From the sequence record MT701590.1: DNA of 64,000 nt, one strand, 5' to 3'. The stretch comes from Klebsiella phage Miami. Made by a program: the position numbers and the translations under genes. Positions 28,555-38,546 of this stretch are shown piece after piece (the first letter of the stretch is position 1; each line of letters begins with the position of its first letter). The notes below the pieces were generated by a model. The model was not told where the DNA came from, searched no databases, and saw nothing but the letters and a program-made list of their open reading frames with translations.

Positions 28555-30069
28555 GTGCTCAGAACGTTTGTAAAGGCAGGGGAAACGTACCGTAACGCTC
28601 TTTATCCTGCAATCATCGAATCCCTTCGTCGGGTTTTAGAATTCTACTCACTGACGGGTATTGACAAAGTGTATTTCAACGGGGACGCGGAAGTCTCCAA
28701 GCAACTTTTTTCTGACCTCGATAGTGGAGTAAGAGCGGACAGACAAACCGATTTCAAATTAGTTAATAAGCTTTATATCGTCACCGAAGAGCAACCTTCC
28801 GTCTTTAACAATGGTTACAGTAATGCTCAGAGAACGATTACCAACAGACCGGTGTGGAAAACGGACGACGATAAAGTTATGATCATCCCTACCTACGATG
28901 GAAGGGAGATCACGGTTGATGTTAACGCCCACTTCAGGACAAGGCAAGAAGCCCGTAATTTCCGTAACAGTTTAGAGCAGGCTAGAAATCGTCAGGCTAA
29001 CGACCTTAATTTCAACGCCCACGTCCATTACCCACTGAACCTGGAAATTATCTACTTCCTTACCACCATTCACAAACGGTTAGTGGACGCGGGCCAGGTT
29101 ACCGATGAGTTTGCCCCATGGTTCTTTAAGAATGCATGCATGCCATTCACCACGATAACTAACCCGGCCGGGAATAACACTCAGGTCGTTTTACAACAAA
29201 GACGTGATGAGATTGGGATATTCTTTGAAGAACCCACTATTGCGTTGACCCGTAAATCCAACGAATATCTGGGCCGGTACGAAGTTTCTTTCCGTTATAA
29301 GTTCTACTGGAACGAACAGACCGATTGGGACTTGCGTTACCCTCTAATGATCTATCAACAGCCGTTAGATCAAATGTACATGCCTAAACCTCAGTTGGGT
29401 TACCGGAATGGGTTTAACCCCCATGCTTTCGTAGAGTTAGGTATGATTAACTTGTTGCTGAAAAGCAGGACAAAACACTCGCCTTACTATCAGCGAATTC
29501 CGGAATACGACATGTGGGTCCCTCCAGGACAACGTTGGTTGGATACTCAGTTGACGATCGCGATTACGGTTAAAGACGAAGCGAACGTTCCTCTTATGAA
29601 TATTGTTAACGATATTCCTAATTGGACCTGGGATGACGACTTCTTGGAACACATGTTAAAGTACCGTGAAAATCTCTTCACCCGCCATGAAGACATTTTC
29701 CATATTCAGGTTTATTCTGACGATATCTTAGTCCTCCCAGAACAGCTCAGTATGGATGAGGAAGGGAACATACTTCTTAATCGTAAACCGACGATGGGTA
29801 ACGTATATCGGGTCGTTATTTTTGTCGACTGTAATTTAAAAGAATTCAGCGATCAAAATAACCAAAACATATTGGACGATGAAAATTATCTCTACGTCGT
29901 CATTCCTAAATTATTCCCTTGGTATAAGTGGGATAAGTTCCCGGTGAATACGCCTAACGATCTCGCTAGATTGATAGACGAATCGGGCTTAGGGGACATG
30001 GGTGCGTTAAGAGAGCCAGTGCCAATGTATATGATGAATAACAGCCTAGCGGCCTATAGGGAGAATTAA
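28555..30069 (+). CDS. hypothetical protein
   Basis: GTG start with AAGAGGA RBS. 504 aa. Confidence 0.5.
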   Translation: MLRTFVKAGETYRNALYPAIIESLRRVLEFYSLTGIDKVYFNGDAEVSKQLFSDLDSGVRADRQTDFKLVNKLYIVTEEQPSVFNNGYSNAQRTITNRPVWKTDDDKVMIIPTYDGREITVDVNAHFRTRQEARNFRNSLEQARNRQANDLNFNAHVHYPLNLEIIYFLTTIHKRLVDAGQVTDEFAPWFFKNACMPFTTITNPAGNNTQVVLQQRRDEIGIFFEEPTIALTRKSNEYLGRYEVSFRYKFYWNEQTDWDLRYPLMIYQQPLDQMYMPKPQLGYRNGFNPHAFVELGMINLLLKSRTKHSPYYQRIPEYDMWVPPGQRWLDTQLTIAITVKDEANVPLMNIVNDIPNWTWDDDFLEHMLKYRENLFTRHEDIFHIQVYSDDILVLPEQLSMDEEGNILLNRKPTMGNVYRVVIFVDCNLKEFSDQNNQNILDDENYLYVVIPKLFPWYKWDKFPVNTPNDLARLIDESGLGDMGALREPVPMYMMNNSLAAYREN

Positions 30070-30072
30070 GAA

Positions 30073-31368
30073 ATGGGTGTGTTCACTCCAGGTACCGGTG
30101 ATAATCCCACCGTAACGACCGCTGAAGGACCTAAGATTTATGCTGATGACTATAAGTCAAGTATCGTCGATTCCGTCTATGTACACGGGACGAGTTTACT
30201 GACTTTTGTTACAGGTACTCCAGTAAGGACACAATACTACCGCCAATATCTTGGCGCTGATGAAGTTCCTGTCGGACCACAGTTAGACGATATAAACACC
30301 TACCAGTCCTACACTCGAATCAACGACCTCATCATGAAATTCGAGGGTAAGCCGGCGTATTCATTTGACACCGATACCGCCGAATCAACAGAGACGGGTG
30401 GAGCTTACGTCATTTTTGATCTGAACCCAATTCAGGGTGATGTTTTTATCCGGGATATTGGTGACGGTCGTGCGGGTATTTACGTCGTAGAAGGCCAGCC
30501 TGAACTTCGTAGTTACGCGGCGGATAAAGTCTATTTTATCCAGTTCAAACTCATCGGTTTGATGACCCAAGCTATAGAAGACAATTTTAATAGTAAGGTC
30601 GTCAGGGAATATTACTATTCCAAAGATTCCGCTCTAAACGGCGGGAACGCGTTGTTATCTAAAGATCGTTTAGATGGCATCAAGGAACTGATGCGGTTGT
30701 CCTTCGCCATTACGCAGCAGTTGTTACGTAAGAACTATTTTAACCCTGAAGAAACTATCACGTTTAAGAACGAAGAAGACGGTTTTGTTTATTACGATCC
30801 TTACTTGACGAGATTCCTTACGTATGTTTTACCTTACCGAGAATTCCTCGGGGTCAAACCTATTAATCTCATCAATACTCAAGTGGGTGTTAAACACAAC
30901 TATAACGACCAGCTTACGGTTTACGACGCGCTCCTCCAAATGAATAAGGATCTGCTCGCTGTTGTACCGCGTAAGATGTACGTTTATTCTCGTCGTCAGT
31001 TCTTCGGAACCCGGACATACGGTTCTCCGTTGATGACGAAAATAGACCGTTTCTATCAGGTGGAGAAACTTGAGTTCGATGGTATTCAGCGACTCAATTT
31101 ACCTGTTAACGGTTACATCCTTTATCCTGACCCGGAACCGGGTAGTGAAGAGGATTTCTATTTCAGCGCTGGTTTCTTTGACGGTGTTCCGGCTAATGAA
31201 TTTGAACGTTTAACGCTGGACTTTTTCTTTAACAAAGTCAGAGATCGGGATGCGTTGCTGGCGTACGCTAAAACGGTATTAACGTTACCAGATAAAGATC
31301 TGGCTTATCAGGGCGGGGTTGTGGTGGCTATGATAGAACTATCCCGCAGAGTTTTAACTGGAGAATAA
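30073..31368 (+). CDS. hypothetical protein
   Basis: 431-aa ORF. Confidence 0.5.
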   Translation: MGVFTPGTGDNPTVTTAEGPKIYADDYKSSIVDSVYVHGTSLLTFVTGTPVRTQYYRQYLGADEVPVGPQLDDINTYQSYTRINDLIMKFEGKPAYSFDTDTAESTETGGAYVIFDLNPIQGDVFIRDIGDGRAGIYVVEGQPELRSYAADKVYFIQFKLIGLMTQAIEDNFNSKVVREYYYSKDSALNGGNALLSKDRLDGIKELMRLSFAITQQLLRKNYFNPEETITFKNEEDGFVYYDPYLTRFLTYVLPYREFLGVKPINLINTQVGVKHNYNDQLTVYDALLQMNKDLLAVVPRKMYVYSRRQFFGTRTYGSPLMTKIDRFYQVEKLEFDGIQRLNLPVNGYILYPDPEPGSEEDFYFSAGFFDGVPANEFERLTLDFFFNKVRDRDALLAYAKTVLTLPDKDLAYQGGVVVAMIELSRRVLTGE

Positions 31369-31370
31369 TC

Positions 31371-32033
31371 ATGATCGAGCTCTTCCGTTATAAAGAGATT
31401 AGGAAGTCACTTATTGCCCAACACGACATTATTGTTAATCGCAATTATCGTGTGTCTTTTCCTCGGCAATACTTAATGTCCTTGGATCAATTGGAGAACC
31501 GAGAAATCGTCCGTATGACGAGCGTGATCGATCCGGATTCACACACTCGGCCTTCCCCCATGACTGTGACGTTAGAGCGAGTTATCGATATTCTCAAACG
31601 GCTTCCTGATAGTAGGATACTCGCATTTAAACACAGCAGGGATGCACTGGAGATTTACGAAACTATTCAGGGGTATCTCAACAATTGGATAGAGATCATT
31701 TTAGAGGCCCCTGAATTCTCCTACCCTACGATCCAAGAGCTTTATGATTTGGAAAGTGTGGCCAAGTGGGCATTCCCGGTTTATCAACATGAAAAACGAA
31801 TGATGTCGTTCAGGGAAAATAGGGATTTCAATAAGCAACAGTTCGCCCATCCTTTGCTAAGCCTGATTGGTGTGTTGAAGTCCGATGACGATGTTCCGTC
31901 ATTTATCTCATTTTTGGATAACCGTCTTCCGCAACATCTCAAGGCTTATCGCAACGAAGAACTCTTTACGGAAGACTTAAAAGAAGTTCTTTCTTTTGAC
32001 AACTCTTTATTTGGAATTAAGGGTGGGTTATGA
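31371..32033 (+). CDS. hypothetical protein
   Basis: 220-aa ORF. Confidence 0.5.
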   Translation: MIELFRYKEIRKSLIAQHDIIVNRNYRVSFPRQYLMSLDQLENREIVRMTSVIDPDSHTRPSPMTVTLERVIDILKRLPDSRILAFKHSRDALEIYETIQGYLNNWIEIILEAPEFSYPTIQELYDLESVAKWAFPVYQHEKRMMSFRENRDFNKQQFAHPLLSLIGVLKSDDDVPSFISFLDNRLPQHLKAYRNEELFTEDLKEVLSFDNSLFGIKGGL

Positions 32034-33376
32034 TACCCGTTAATATTAGTAACGTCTTAGAACAGGCGAAGCAGGTTGCCGCAACCAAACGCGCTACCAT
32101 CTCTACGCTCGAGCTAACTCTTATAACCCCGGAATTACATTATCCCGTTCCTAACGTTCAGAGGCTCTCTAAGAGCTCTAATTTCTTGGAGGACGGGACG
32201 GATATTTGGGCGATTAACTTCTTGATGCAGCCTGGCGTTTTCTTAAAACAGATTCTTCCGTACAAAGATAACCTGCTCGTTGACTTAGTTGAGAGCACGG
32301 GACTCAATAGAACACTTCGTCGCCTTCGCGCGACAATTCCAATGGACGTTAATCCTCAAACCAGTTCGGATAACAGTGTCTATATTGATCCAGGTGTATT
32401 AGATCAAAACATGGTCGTTCCCGTCACGCTTATTTTGATCGATACAGTATACGAACAGTTACGTAACCAACCGCTACTTGATAATTACTTAATGGCTACA
32501 ACCAAAGACGTTTTGCATAATGTCTGGAGTCAGCAAGGTCACGCCATTCAGTCTAACGGGGTTAACAAGTTTAAAGGAGTTGACATTGAAGAACCCACCG
32601 ATAACCCTAGAGTTTATCGGCAGATTATGGTCAAGCACGGCACGCGTCTGACTCGTTTCGCGGACTATCTTCAGAATGAAGAAGGATTGGGAATTTATAC
32701 CCGTGGGTGTGGGTCTTTCTATCGAGATGGAATTTGGTACGTCTTTCCTATTTGTAAACCCGAAAGATACGGTACGGTGAAGAAGTCCTTAGATATTTAT
32801 AAGTTCCCTGAGGACGTTCTACCAGTAACGGAACAAACGTATGGGACGACGGCGAACTCCACGTTAATACTTTCTACAGGCCCATCTAAATTGCTTGACG
32901 GCACTGATAACCTGAGACAGAATTTTGGTGCCGGTCAACAGATCATTTCTTCGGATGCGATTTCAGGAGAAGCTGGGTCGCACTATAACAACGGAGCGAG
33001 TGTCACTCTACGAGCAGAGAAAGTGACTGAATACAGAACCACGCAGCGTGCCTCAGGGCAGGAACTTATCGACATCAACCCCACTCCTACCAATAACGTT
33101 TTTAAAGAGATAACTAAAAACGCCATGAGGGACTGCAAAGTACTGGAATTGAATTGGAGTAACTCTAATCCTTTTCTCATTACCCCAGGGGCCCCGGTTA
33201 AGTACTATTTCCTTAACGAACAAGGAACACTCACTATTCAGGAAGGCACGGTAATATCGGAGCAGACCACCTATTACTCTGATTCTACCAGACCCCTCAC
33301 ACCGTTTAGAAAGAACTCTGTTCTGACCATACTCCTGCTCCCTATTCAAAATACCACGATAACCCCGAACAATTAA
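32030..33376 (+). CDS. hypothetical protein
   Basis: 448-aa ORF, ATGA-coupled. Confidence 0.5.
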   Translation: MIPVNISNVLEQAKQVAATKRATISTLELTLITPELHYPVPNVQRLSKSSNFLEDGTDIWAINFLMQPGVFLKQILPYKDNLLVDLVESTGLNRTLRRLRATIPMDVNPQTSSDNSVYIDPGVLDQNMVVPVTLILIDTVYEQLRNQPLLDNYLMATTKDVLHNVWSQQGHAIQSNGVNKFKGVDIEEPTDNPRVYRQIMVKHGTRLTRFADYLQNEEGLGIYTRGCGSFYRDGIWYVFPICKPERYGTVKKSLDIYKFPEDVLPVTEQTYGTTANSTLILSTGPSKLLDGTDNLRQNFGAGQQIISSDAISGEAGSHYNNGASVTLRAEKVTEYRTTQRASGQELIDINPTPTNNVFKEITKNAMRDCKVLELNWSNSNPFLITPGAPVKYYFLNEQGTLTIQEGTVISEQTTYYSDSTRPLTPFRKNSVLTILLLPIQNTTITPNN

Positions 33377-33463
33377 AATTCAACATGGAGTTTTTTATGG
33401 CACTATATAACCGCAGTGTATGAAAAACAAAATGTTATTTTTAATTTAATAGAGGAAATCATC

Positions 33464-33922
33464 ATGAAACGTTTTATCTCTGCGGCTATTCTTTCCGTTA
33501 TTGCTATGAGCGCTACCGCAACTGAAAATACCAACATCTGGGGCTGCGTCACAAATACAGGCAAAGTCGCTAGAGTCGACTTGGTAGAAGGAGCGGGTGG
33601 CGTTCAGGCGGTCTACACGTTCGGTAAGGCCGGGAGCAATCCAGAGCTCTCCGTTGTCAAGAAACCTTCTGACGTTAAGTATACTGAGAAAGAGGCTTAC
33701 GCCAACGGTATCCTGCAAACCACGTATTACCAGCTGACTTTTAATAACGGACAGTTCAGTTATATCGCTGAACAGTTTAACAAGATCGGGCGTCTTTATG
33801 TGCTCAAGAACGATAAAGTTATTTCGACCATTGAGTGCGAAGACATTATCGATGCCGGTGTTCTCGACAGCGAAAACATGATCAAAATCTTTCCTTACCA
33901 TGAAAAGGTAAAGGATGAATAA
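33464..33922 (+). CDS. secreted (Sec signal peptide) protein of unknown function
   Basis: ATG 33464 with GAGGAAA RBS. N-terminus 'MKRFISAAILSVIAMSATA|TEN' is a classic signal peptide with an AxA cleavage site. Two Cys in the mature part. Own AT-rich upstream region and own terminator. Confidence 0.55.
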   Translation: MKRFISAAILSVIAMSATATENTNIWGCVTNTGKVARVDLVEGAGGVQAVYTFGKAGSNPELSVVKKPSDVKYTEKEAYANGILQTTYYQLTFNNGQFSYIAEQFNKIGRLYVLKNDKVISTIECEDIIDAGVLDSENMIKIFPYHEKVKDE

Positions 33923-33924
33923 AC

Positions 33925-33978
33925 CTCCTACCTCCACCCATAAGGGTGGAGGTAGGGCAACCTAATTTATTTTTTTTT
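33925..33978. terminator. bidirectional terminator
   Basis: CCTCCTACCTCCACCC-ataa-GGGTGGAGGTAGG hairpin, then an 11-T run. Between convergent genes. Confidence 0.6.
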
Positions 33979-35520
33979 TTATCCTGCAAAATCGAAATCA
34001 GGAACTGATTCGCCGTTTTCGTCTAACATGTGTTTAAAGGATTTCTTACCAGCACACTTGGTGTTGATATCGTGAACTAACCCTAATACCGGATCGAGCG
34101 GATAGACCCAAAATCTTTCCGATAGAGGAGAACCCTCTCCTCTCATTTTGGATAAGTTGACGGTCCAGTAAGCTTTGTCGTCCACTGTTTTTGCAACATG
34201 CACTGTGATAACGCCATCACATTCGTTCGTTAATTTAGTCGAGCCTTCAGTCATGGACTTCCCGCCGACTTCTTTGGCGAAAGTCAGTTCTGCGTCGTCG
34301 TCTGATTCACGTAAGAACTTTTTAGCCTCTGGAGATAACTGGTGAGGTGTACAGAAACAAATACCGTGATTGACGATGAACCCACGGACACGCTTGTACA
34401 GGTCTTGTAAGCGATCAGAGCGAGATTCCCCAGAAGTCCCCTTGAGGTTAGCCATCCCTAAGTAATCGTAAGCCCAGAAAATGATTTCGTGACCTTTCAT
34501 CTGTAACTTACGAATACGGTCAGTCATCTCATAATAGTTATCATTGACGGGATCGACTCGGTTCATGATTAAGAACCAGCCATTCTTCCTAAACCCGTCT
34601 GCGATAACTTGAGCGATCGTTTCAGGCAACTCGTTCTTGAAGTCACCTTGGTGGCCGAACTGGTTGACCATGATGAGCTTATACATGCGTTCGATAATTA
34701 TGTCTAACGCATCCTCAGCGGAATCCAGTACGATGGTAGGTATTTTAGACTTATCACGCAGCAGGGGTTTGTTATAGAGACCTATCGATGATACGATGTG
34801 TCCCATGGTCAAGCTCTTACCCCTGTTTGTTAACGCCTCCCACATATAGAACTTGGAGCGACGCAACCCATTATCGGGATATAGCGCTTTGTTTAGTCCC
34901 TGAAGACCTGTCTTTAACACACCTTCTTCCGACGATTCGATTTTAGCACGTTCAATGATATTAACGATGCCACTCAAATCGTCTGTATTGACTTCTTCTA
35001 CCAAAGCGACGTTCTTGTCAGCCAATACAGCTTCCGTCAATTTGGTTTCAATCATGTCGGCTATTTTAGCCCAAGTGGTTTTATCCGTTTTACTCGGGTC
35101 GCCAAAATAAAGTTCTTTAATTTCGTTCTTAAAATCTTTATTGAACTTATCGTCACCCACTGCTTTTTTGACTTCTTGAATATGACGATAAATAATCTGC
35201 CGTGTTCTTTCTTCGCTAGGGTAGTCTTCTAATCCTGCTTCAATAGCTTTGGCTAACTCAGGTGCGTCCTTCATAAAGTCCATTACTCGTTGAGTGAGCA
35301 ATGATTTTATGATCGGCTCATCTTCGGGTTGAGCTAAAATCCAGTCGATGGTATCGCGAATAGCGGTTTCTATTTTTTTATCCTGCGTGAACAAATCACC
35401 TTTAGAAATCGGTATTCCATTCAAAAGATCTTTCGCTTCCCCTAACAGAGTGACGTCTTTTATTTTTTTAATTTGGTACATCGCACTGAGAATCTTAACC
35501 AGGATCAGTAACGTGCTCAT
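33979..35520 (-). CDS. DnaB-like replicative helicase (RecA-fold)
   Basis: 'NRGKSLTMG' Walker A-like. 'IIFWAYDYLGM' matches the DnaB 'vvIDYLQLM' region. '..SRSDRLQDLYKRVRGFIVNHGICFCTPHQLSPEAKK' matches the DnaB '..LKxLAKEL.vPVIALSQLNR' region. Confidence 0.45.
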   Translation of the reverse strand: MSTLLILVKILSAMYQIKKIKDVTLLGEAKDLLNGIPISKGDLFTQDKKIETAIRDTIDWILAQPEDEPIIKSLLTQRVMDFMKDAPELAKAIEAGLEDYPSEERTRQIIYRHIQEVKKAVGDDKFNKDFKNEIKELYFGDPSKTDKTTWAKIADMIETKLTEAVLADKNVALVEEVNTDDLSGIVNIIERAKIESSEEGVLKTGLQGLNKALYPDNGLRRSKFYMWEALTNRGKSLTMGHIVSSIGLYNKPLLRDKSKIPTIVLDSAEDALDIIIERMYKLIMVNQFGHQGDFKNELPETIAQVIADGFRKNGWFLIMNRVDPVNDNYYEMTDRIRKLQMKGHEIIFWAYDYLGMANLKGTSGESRSDRLQDLYKRVRGFIVNHGICFCTPHQLSPEAKKFLRESDDDAELTFAKEVGGKSMTEGSTKLTNECDGVITVHVAKTVDDKAYWTVNLSKMRGEGSPLSERFWVYPLDPVLGLVHDINTKCAGKKSFKHMLDENGESVPDFDFAG

Positions 35521-35534
35521 TTAAAAACTCCAAG

Positions 35535-36092
35535 GTGATGATAATGAATTTAATTTTTCAAGAGTCTCCTGACCGCCACCAGGTATGGTTATTAACTAAT
35601 GATATGGTGAAAGCGGTTGAGAGATCTCGTATAAGATTCGATCAGTTAAATCGAATCCCAGAATATCGAGATCGTTTTGCGGAATCCGATATTATTGCTA
35701 TTGCTGTTTTACAATACAGTATGAGCCTTAAATTGGGTCGTCCGCTCCAGGACGTGTTTGATCCAGACGCTTATGTGGGTGACGAAGGACTTGTCCTCAA
35801 GAGTAAGATTAGCAATGTATTAGCAGAACTCCCTCGTCTGACCGTTATAGCGGCGTTGAGCAATCCTGCTCGTTATTACATTAAGAAAGTGGGTAATGAC
35901 GTTATTTTATGTCAAGGTGAGCTGGTTAAACCAGACACTAGCTGGACTGAGCTAAACGAATCTCTCTTCACTCACGCATTATTAAAAGGGATTTATAGCC
36001 AATACGGCTACCATCAATTGCATTTCCGAGAATTGAACCGACCGCAACGAGATAGCTTTACGTTAGCCGACGTTCTCCGCGTATTGTCTTAA
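35535..36092 (+). CDS. hypothetical protein
   Basis: 185-aa ORF. Confidence 0.4.
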   Translation: MMIMNLIFQESPDRHQVWLLTNDMVKAVERSRIRFDQLNRIPEYRDRFAESDIIAIAVLQYSMSLKLGRPLQDVFDPDAYVGDEGLVLKSKISNVLAELPRLTVIAALSNPARYYIKKVGNDVILCQGELVKPDTSWTELNESLFTHALLKGIYSQYGYHQLHFRELNRPQRDSFTLADVLRVLS

Positions 36093-36114
36093 TCCCTGAT
36101 GCATAAGGGGTTAA

Positions 36115-36154
36115 GTACATTTTATGTACTAGTGCCGTAAACAAATATTTGTTT
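36115..36154 (+). promoter_or_regulatory. paired palindromes upstream of the major structural gene
   Basis: Inverted repeat GTACAT-ttt-ATGTAC (36115-36129) and perfect 16-nt palindrome AAACAAATATTTGTTT (36139-36154), 26-65 nt upstream of the ATG at 36181. Confidence 0.3.
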
Positions 36155-36180
36155 AAAGCTTTGAATAAAGGAAATTATCG

Positions 36181-38367
36181 ATGAAGCGTACAATTAACGT
36201 CCGCAAAGGCTCCACTGCTGTAAAACCCCTGAACCTCGCGATGAGCGACATGTTTAGTCAGGGCGGCTTTAAATCTTTTACTGGTGTTGAAAACCTGGAT
36301 ACTGCGACCGACCAGTTCAATGCCATGTTTGCTGGCACCGAGTCACTGGCTAACGGTATTAGCCCAGAGTCTTCCAAACTGCTCAGCAACCTGACCAACT
36401 CTCAGCGTTTCGCGACCATCTCCAGCATCGCGTCGATGCAAAATGCATTCCCGACCGTTGATCGCCGCCTGGCTGACTTCGCCGGTACCGAAGGTTTCTC
36501 AATGGCGCAGTTTGCCGGTGAGTCCGCTAAAGTTAAAGGCGTGAACATCACTCTGAACGCCCTGTCTCACCGCCAGACCGACGCTGCTGAAGCTCTGTTC
36601 ACCACCGTCACCATTCCGTACGCGGAAGAGTACCTGGAGTTCTCCGTGCGTACCGCTGGCCTGGGTCGTTACATCTACGGTGCTGCTGCTGGCGAACGTG
36701 CCTCTGAGCTGGTACCGGTAATGAGCCTGATCCGCAAAGGTAAAGCTTTCATGGCTGATACCCTGCGCATGTATCCGGTTTATCCGACCGACTCGGCTGA
36801 TCCGAACCGTAAATACTTCATGGCTGAGTCTGTAGCTGCTGCTACCGAAGCCACTTACGACAGCGCTGATCCGCTGAACCGTCAAGCTCACAAGACCCAA
36901 TACCTGAAAGTTCCGGTATCCGTACCGAACCTGGTTGGTCTGTCTGAAGCCCCGGGTCAGAACCCGTTCGAAACTTCTGATGAAGTTGAATCCAACTCCA
37001 TCCAGATGACCAACGTCGCACTGACCGCCAACGTCGGCGCTTCCGGCTCTGCTACCGCAGTCGTACTGCGTATGCCGACCGTGAACATGTCTCAGGCGCA
37101 TTTCGGTATCGCTGCAATGGGTGCTTCTTCTGACGATCGTCAGATGGACTTCCAGGTACAGGGTCTGCCGGCGTCTGCACTGTTCAACATCGGTAGCGAT
37201 ACTGTTACCACTGCACTGGATGCACTGAAAGCGAATGGCGCTCAGCCGTTCTTCTCTCTGAGCATCACCGGTACTTACCAGCGTCAGACCAATACCCTGA
37301 AAATCCAGGGCGGTTCTTTCGAACTGGAGTACATCAAAGATGCGGCCGGCAACAAACATCTGCCGACCACCTCCAGCGCAACGATCAAAGCTCTGTTCGG
37401 CCTGTTCGCTGATGGCGAAATCGCCGGTGTTGAACTGCGTTACAACCACACCAACATCAACCGCGTGAACTTCGGTTACCGTGTTGAAGTGTTTGACGCA
37501 CGTAAAACTCTGACCACTCATCGTCAGACTCCGATCTCTGTTCGCTACCCGGTCAGCAAAGAAGATACCAATGAGGAATCTCTGAGCTACGCGATCGATC
37601 AGATGGCGATCATCCTGAACGCACAGACCACCGCAAACGCGTTTACCAAAGCTGAAGAGCACGTTGATTACGTGACCTCCATCAACGGTTCCGCGATCGT
37701 AGGTAACGAACAGGCGTCTAACGTCCTGGCTGGTATGCACTACGCTAACGCTGCTGCGATCAACCGTACTCTGAAACTGTCTGACATCGTGTCTACTCAG
37801 GACAGCGTCGGTGTAGTTGACAACATCTCTGCGGCACTGTGCAACACCCTGAGCGAAATGGCAGCAGCGCTGGCCACTAACTCCGGTCTGGCTGCTATTG
37901 CCGAATACACCCGTGAAAAACTGAAATGGCAGGTTGTTGCCCATCAGAACATGGGTCGTTACCTGATGCGTTCTGGCGACGCTCGTACCATGGGTGCGTA
38001 TACCGACTTCGCGGTTGAACTGACTAACGTCGAAACCATGATCGGTAAATTCTACCTGGTACCGCAGTCCGAAACCGACGGCAACACCATCGACCCGCTG
38101 GGTGGTATGGGCGTGTGCGTTGATAAAGAGCACGTTGTTGTACAGGGCGACGTCACTCGTACCGATCGTCAGTTCGGTATCCTGATGACCATGCCGATCT
38201 TCCAACACCACTCTGTATGTCCGATCGTCGGCGTACTGACCGTTGAAGACGCTGTACTGGCTCTGAACGACGAAGGCCTGATCGACGCTCTGGCTAAACA
38301 GCGCGTTGTGGTTAACGGCGTTGTACAGTCTGAAGTCGACGCTGTAGACGACGGTCAGCTGCCGTAA
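36181..38367 (+). CDS. major virion structural protein (major capsid protein candidate)
   Basis: 728 aa. Strongest high-expression codon bias in the window (CTG, CGT, GGT, ACC, GAA). Long antisense shadow ORF 36499-38211, typical of such bias. Strong terminator downstream. Size fits jumbo-phage major capsid proteins. Confidence 0.45.
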   Translation: MKRTINVRKGSTAVKPLNLAMSDMFSQGGFKSFTGVENLDTATDQFNAMFAGTESLANGISPESSKLLSNLTNSQRFATISSIASMQNAFPTVDRRLADFAGTEGFSMAQFAGESAKVKGVNITLNALSHRQTDAAEALFTTVTIPYAEEYLEFSVRTAGLGRYIYGAAAGERASELVPVMSLIRKGKAFMADTLRMYPVYPTDSADPNRKYFMAESVAAATEATYDSADPLNRQAHKTQYLKVPVSVPNLVGLSEAPGQNPFETSDEVESNSIQMTNVALTANVGASGSATAVVLRMPTVNMSQAHFGIAAMGASSDDRQMDFQVQGLPASALFNIGSDTVTTALDALKANGAQPFFSLSITGTYQRQTNTLKIQGGSFELEYIKDAAGNKHLPTTSSATIKALFGLFADGEIAGVELRYNHTNINRVNFGYRVEVFDARKTLTTHRQTPISVRYPVSKEDTNEESLSYAIDQMAIILNAQTTANAFTKAEEHVDYVTSINGSAIVGNEQASNVLAGMHYANAAAINRTLKLSDIVSTQDSVGVVDNISAALCNTLSEMAAALATNSGLAAIAEYTREKLKWQVVAHQNMGRYLMRSGDARTMGAYTDFAVELTNVETMIGKFYLVPQSETDGNTIDPLGGMGVCVDKEHVVVQGDVTRTDRQFGILMTMPIFQHHSVCPIVGVLTVEDAVLALNDEGLIDALAKQRVVVNGVVQSEVDAVDDGQLP

Positions 38368-38390
38368 GCAACATTAGTACCGTGAAATAA

Positions 38391-38422
38391 TAACCCCCTA
38401 CCCTTAACGGGGTAGGGGGTTA
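38391..38422 (+). terminator. rho-independent terminator
   Basis: TAACCCCCTACCC-ttaac-GGGGTAGGGGGTTA. Confidence 0.55.
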
Positions 38423-38546
38423 TACTTCGTCTTCTTAAATTTTTTAAGGACTATATTATCTCTGGGTAAAGGGTTGGTATAAGGGACCGCGCATCCCATA
38501 CCAGATGAAGCTCTAGTCTAAAAATAAACCTTAAGGAAATTAACAA

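Noticed and set aside
36499-38211. 570-aa minus-strand ORF opposite the major structural gene
   Set aside because: Antisense shadow of the codon-optimised 728-aa gene. No RBS context, no terminator logic, translation is low-complexity.
38496-38526. GC-rich bulged hairpin TGGTATAAGGGA-ccgcgca-TCCCATACCA in the 179-nt intergenic region, considered as a tRNA or small RNA
   Set aside because: Only about 31 nt, no cloverleaf arms, no conserved tRNA boxes (GTTC/TΨC-like context). Kept only as a note within the AT-rich-gene finding.
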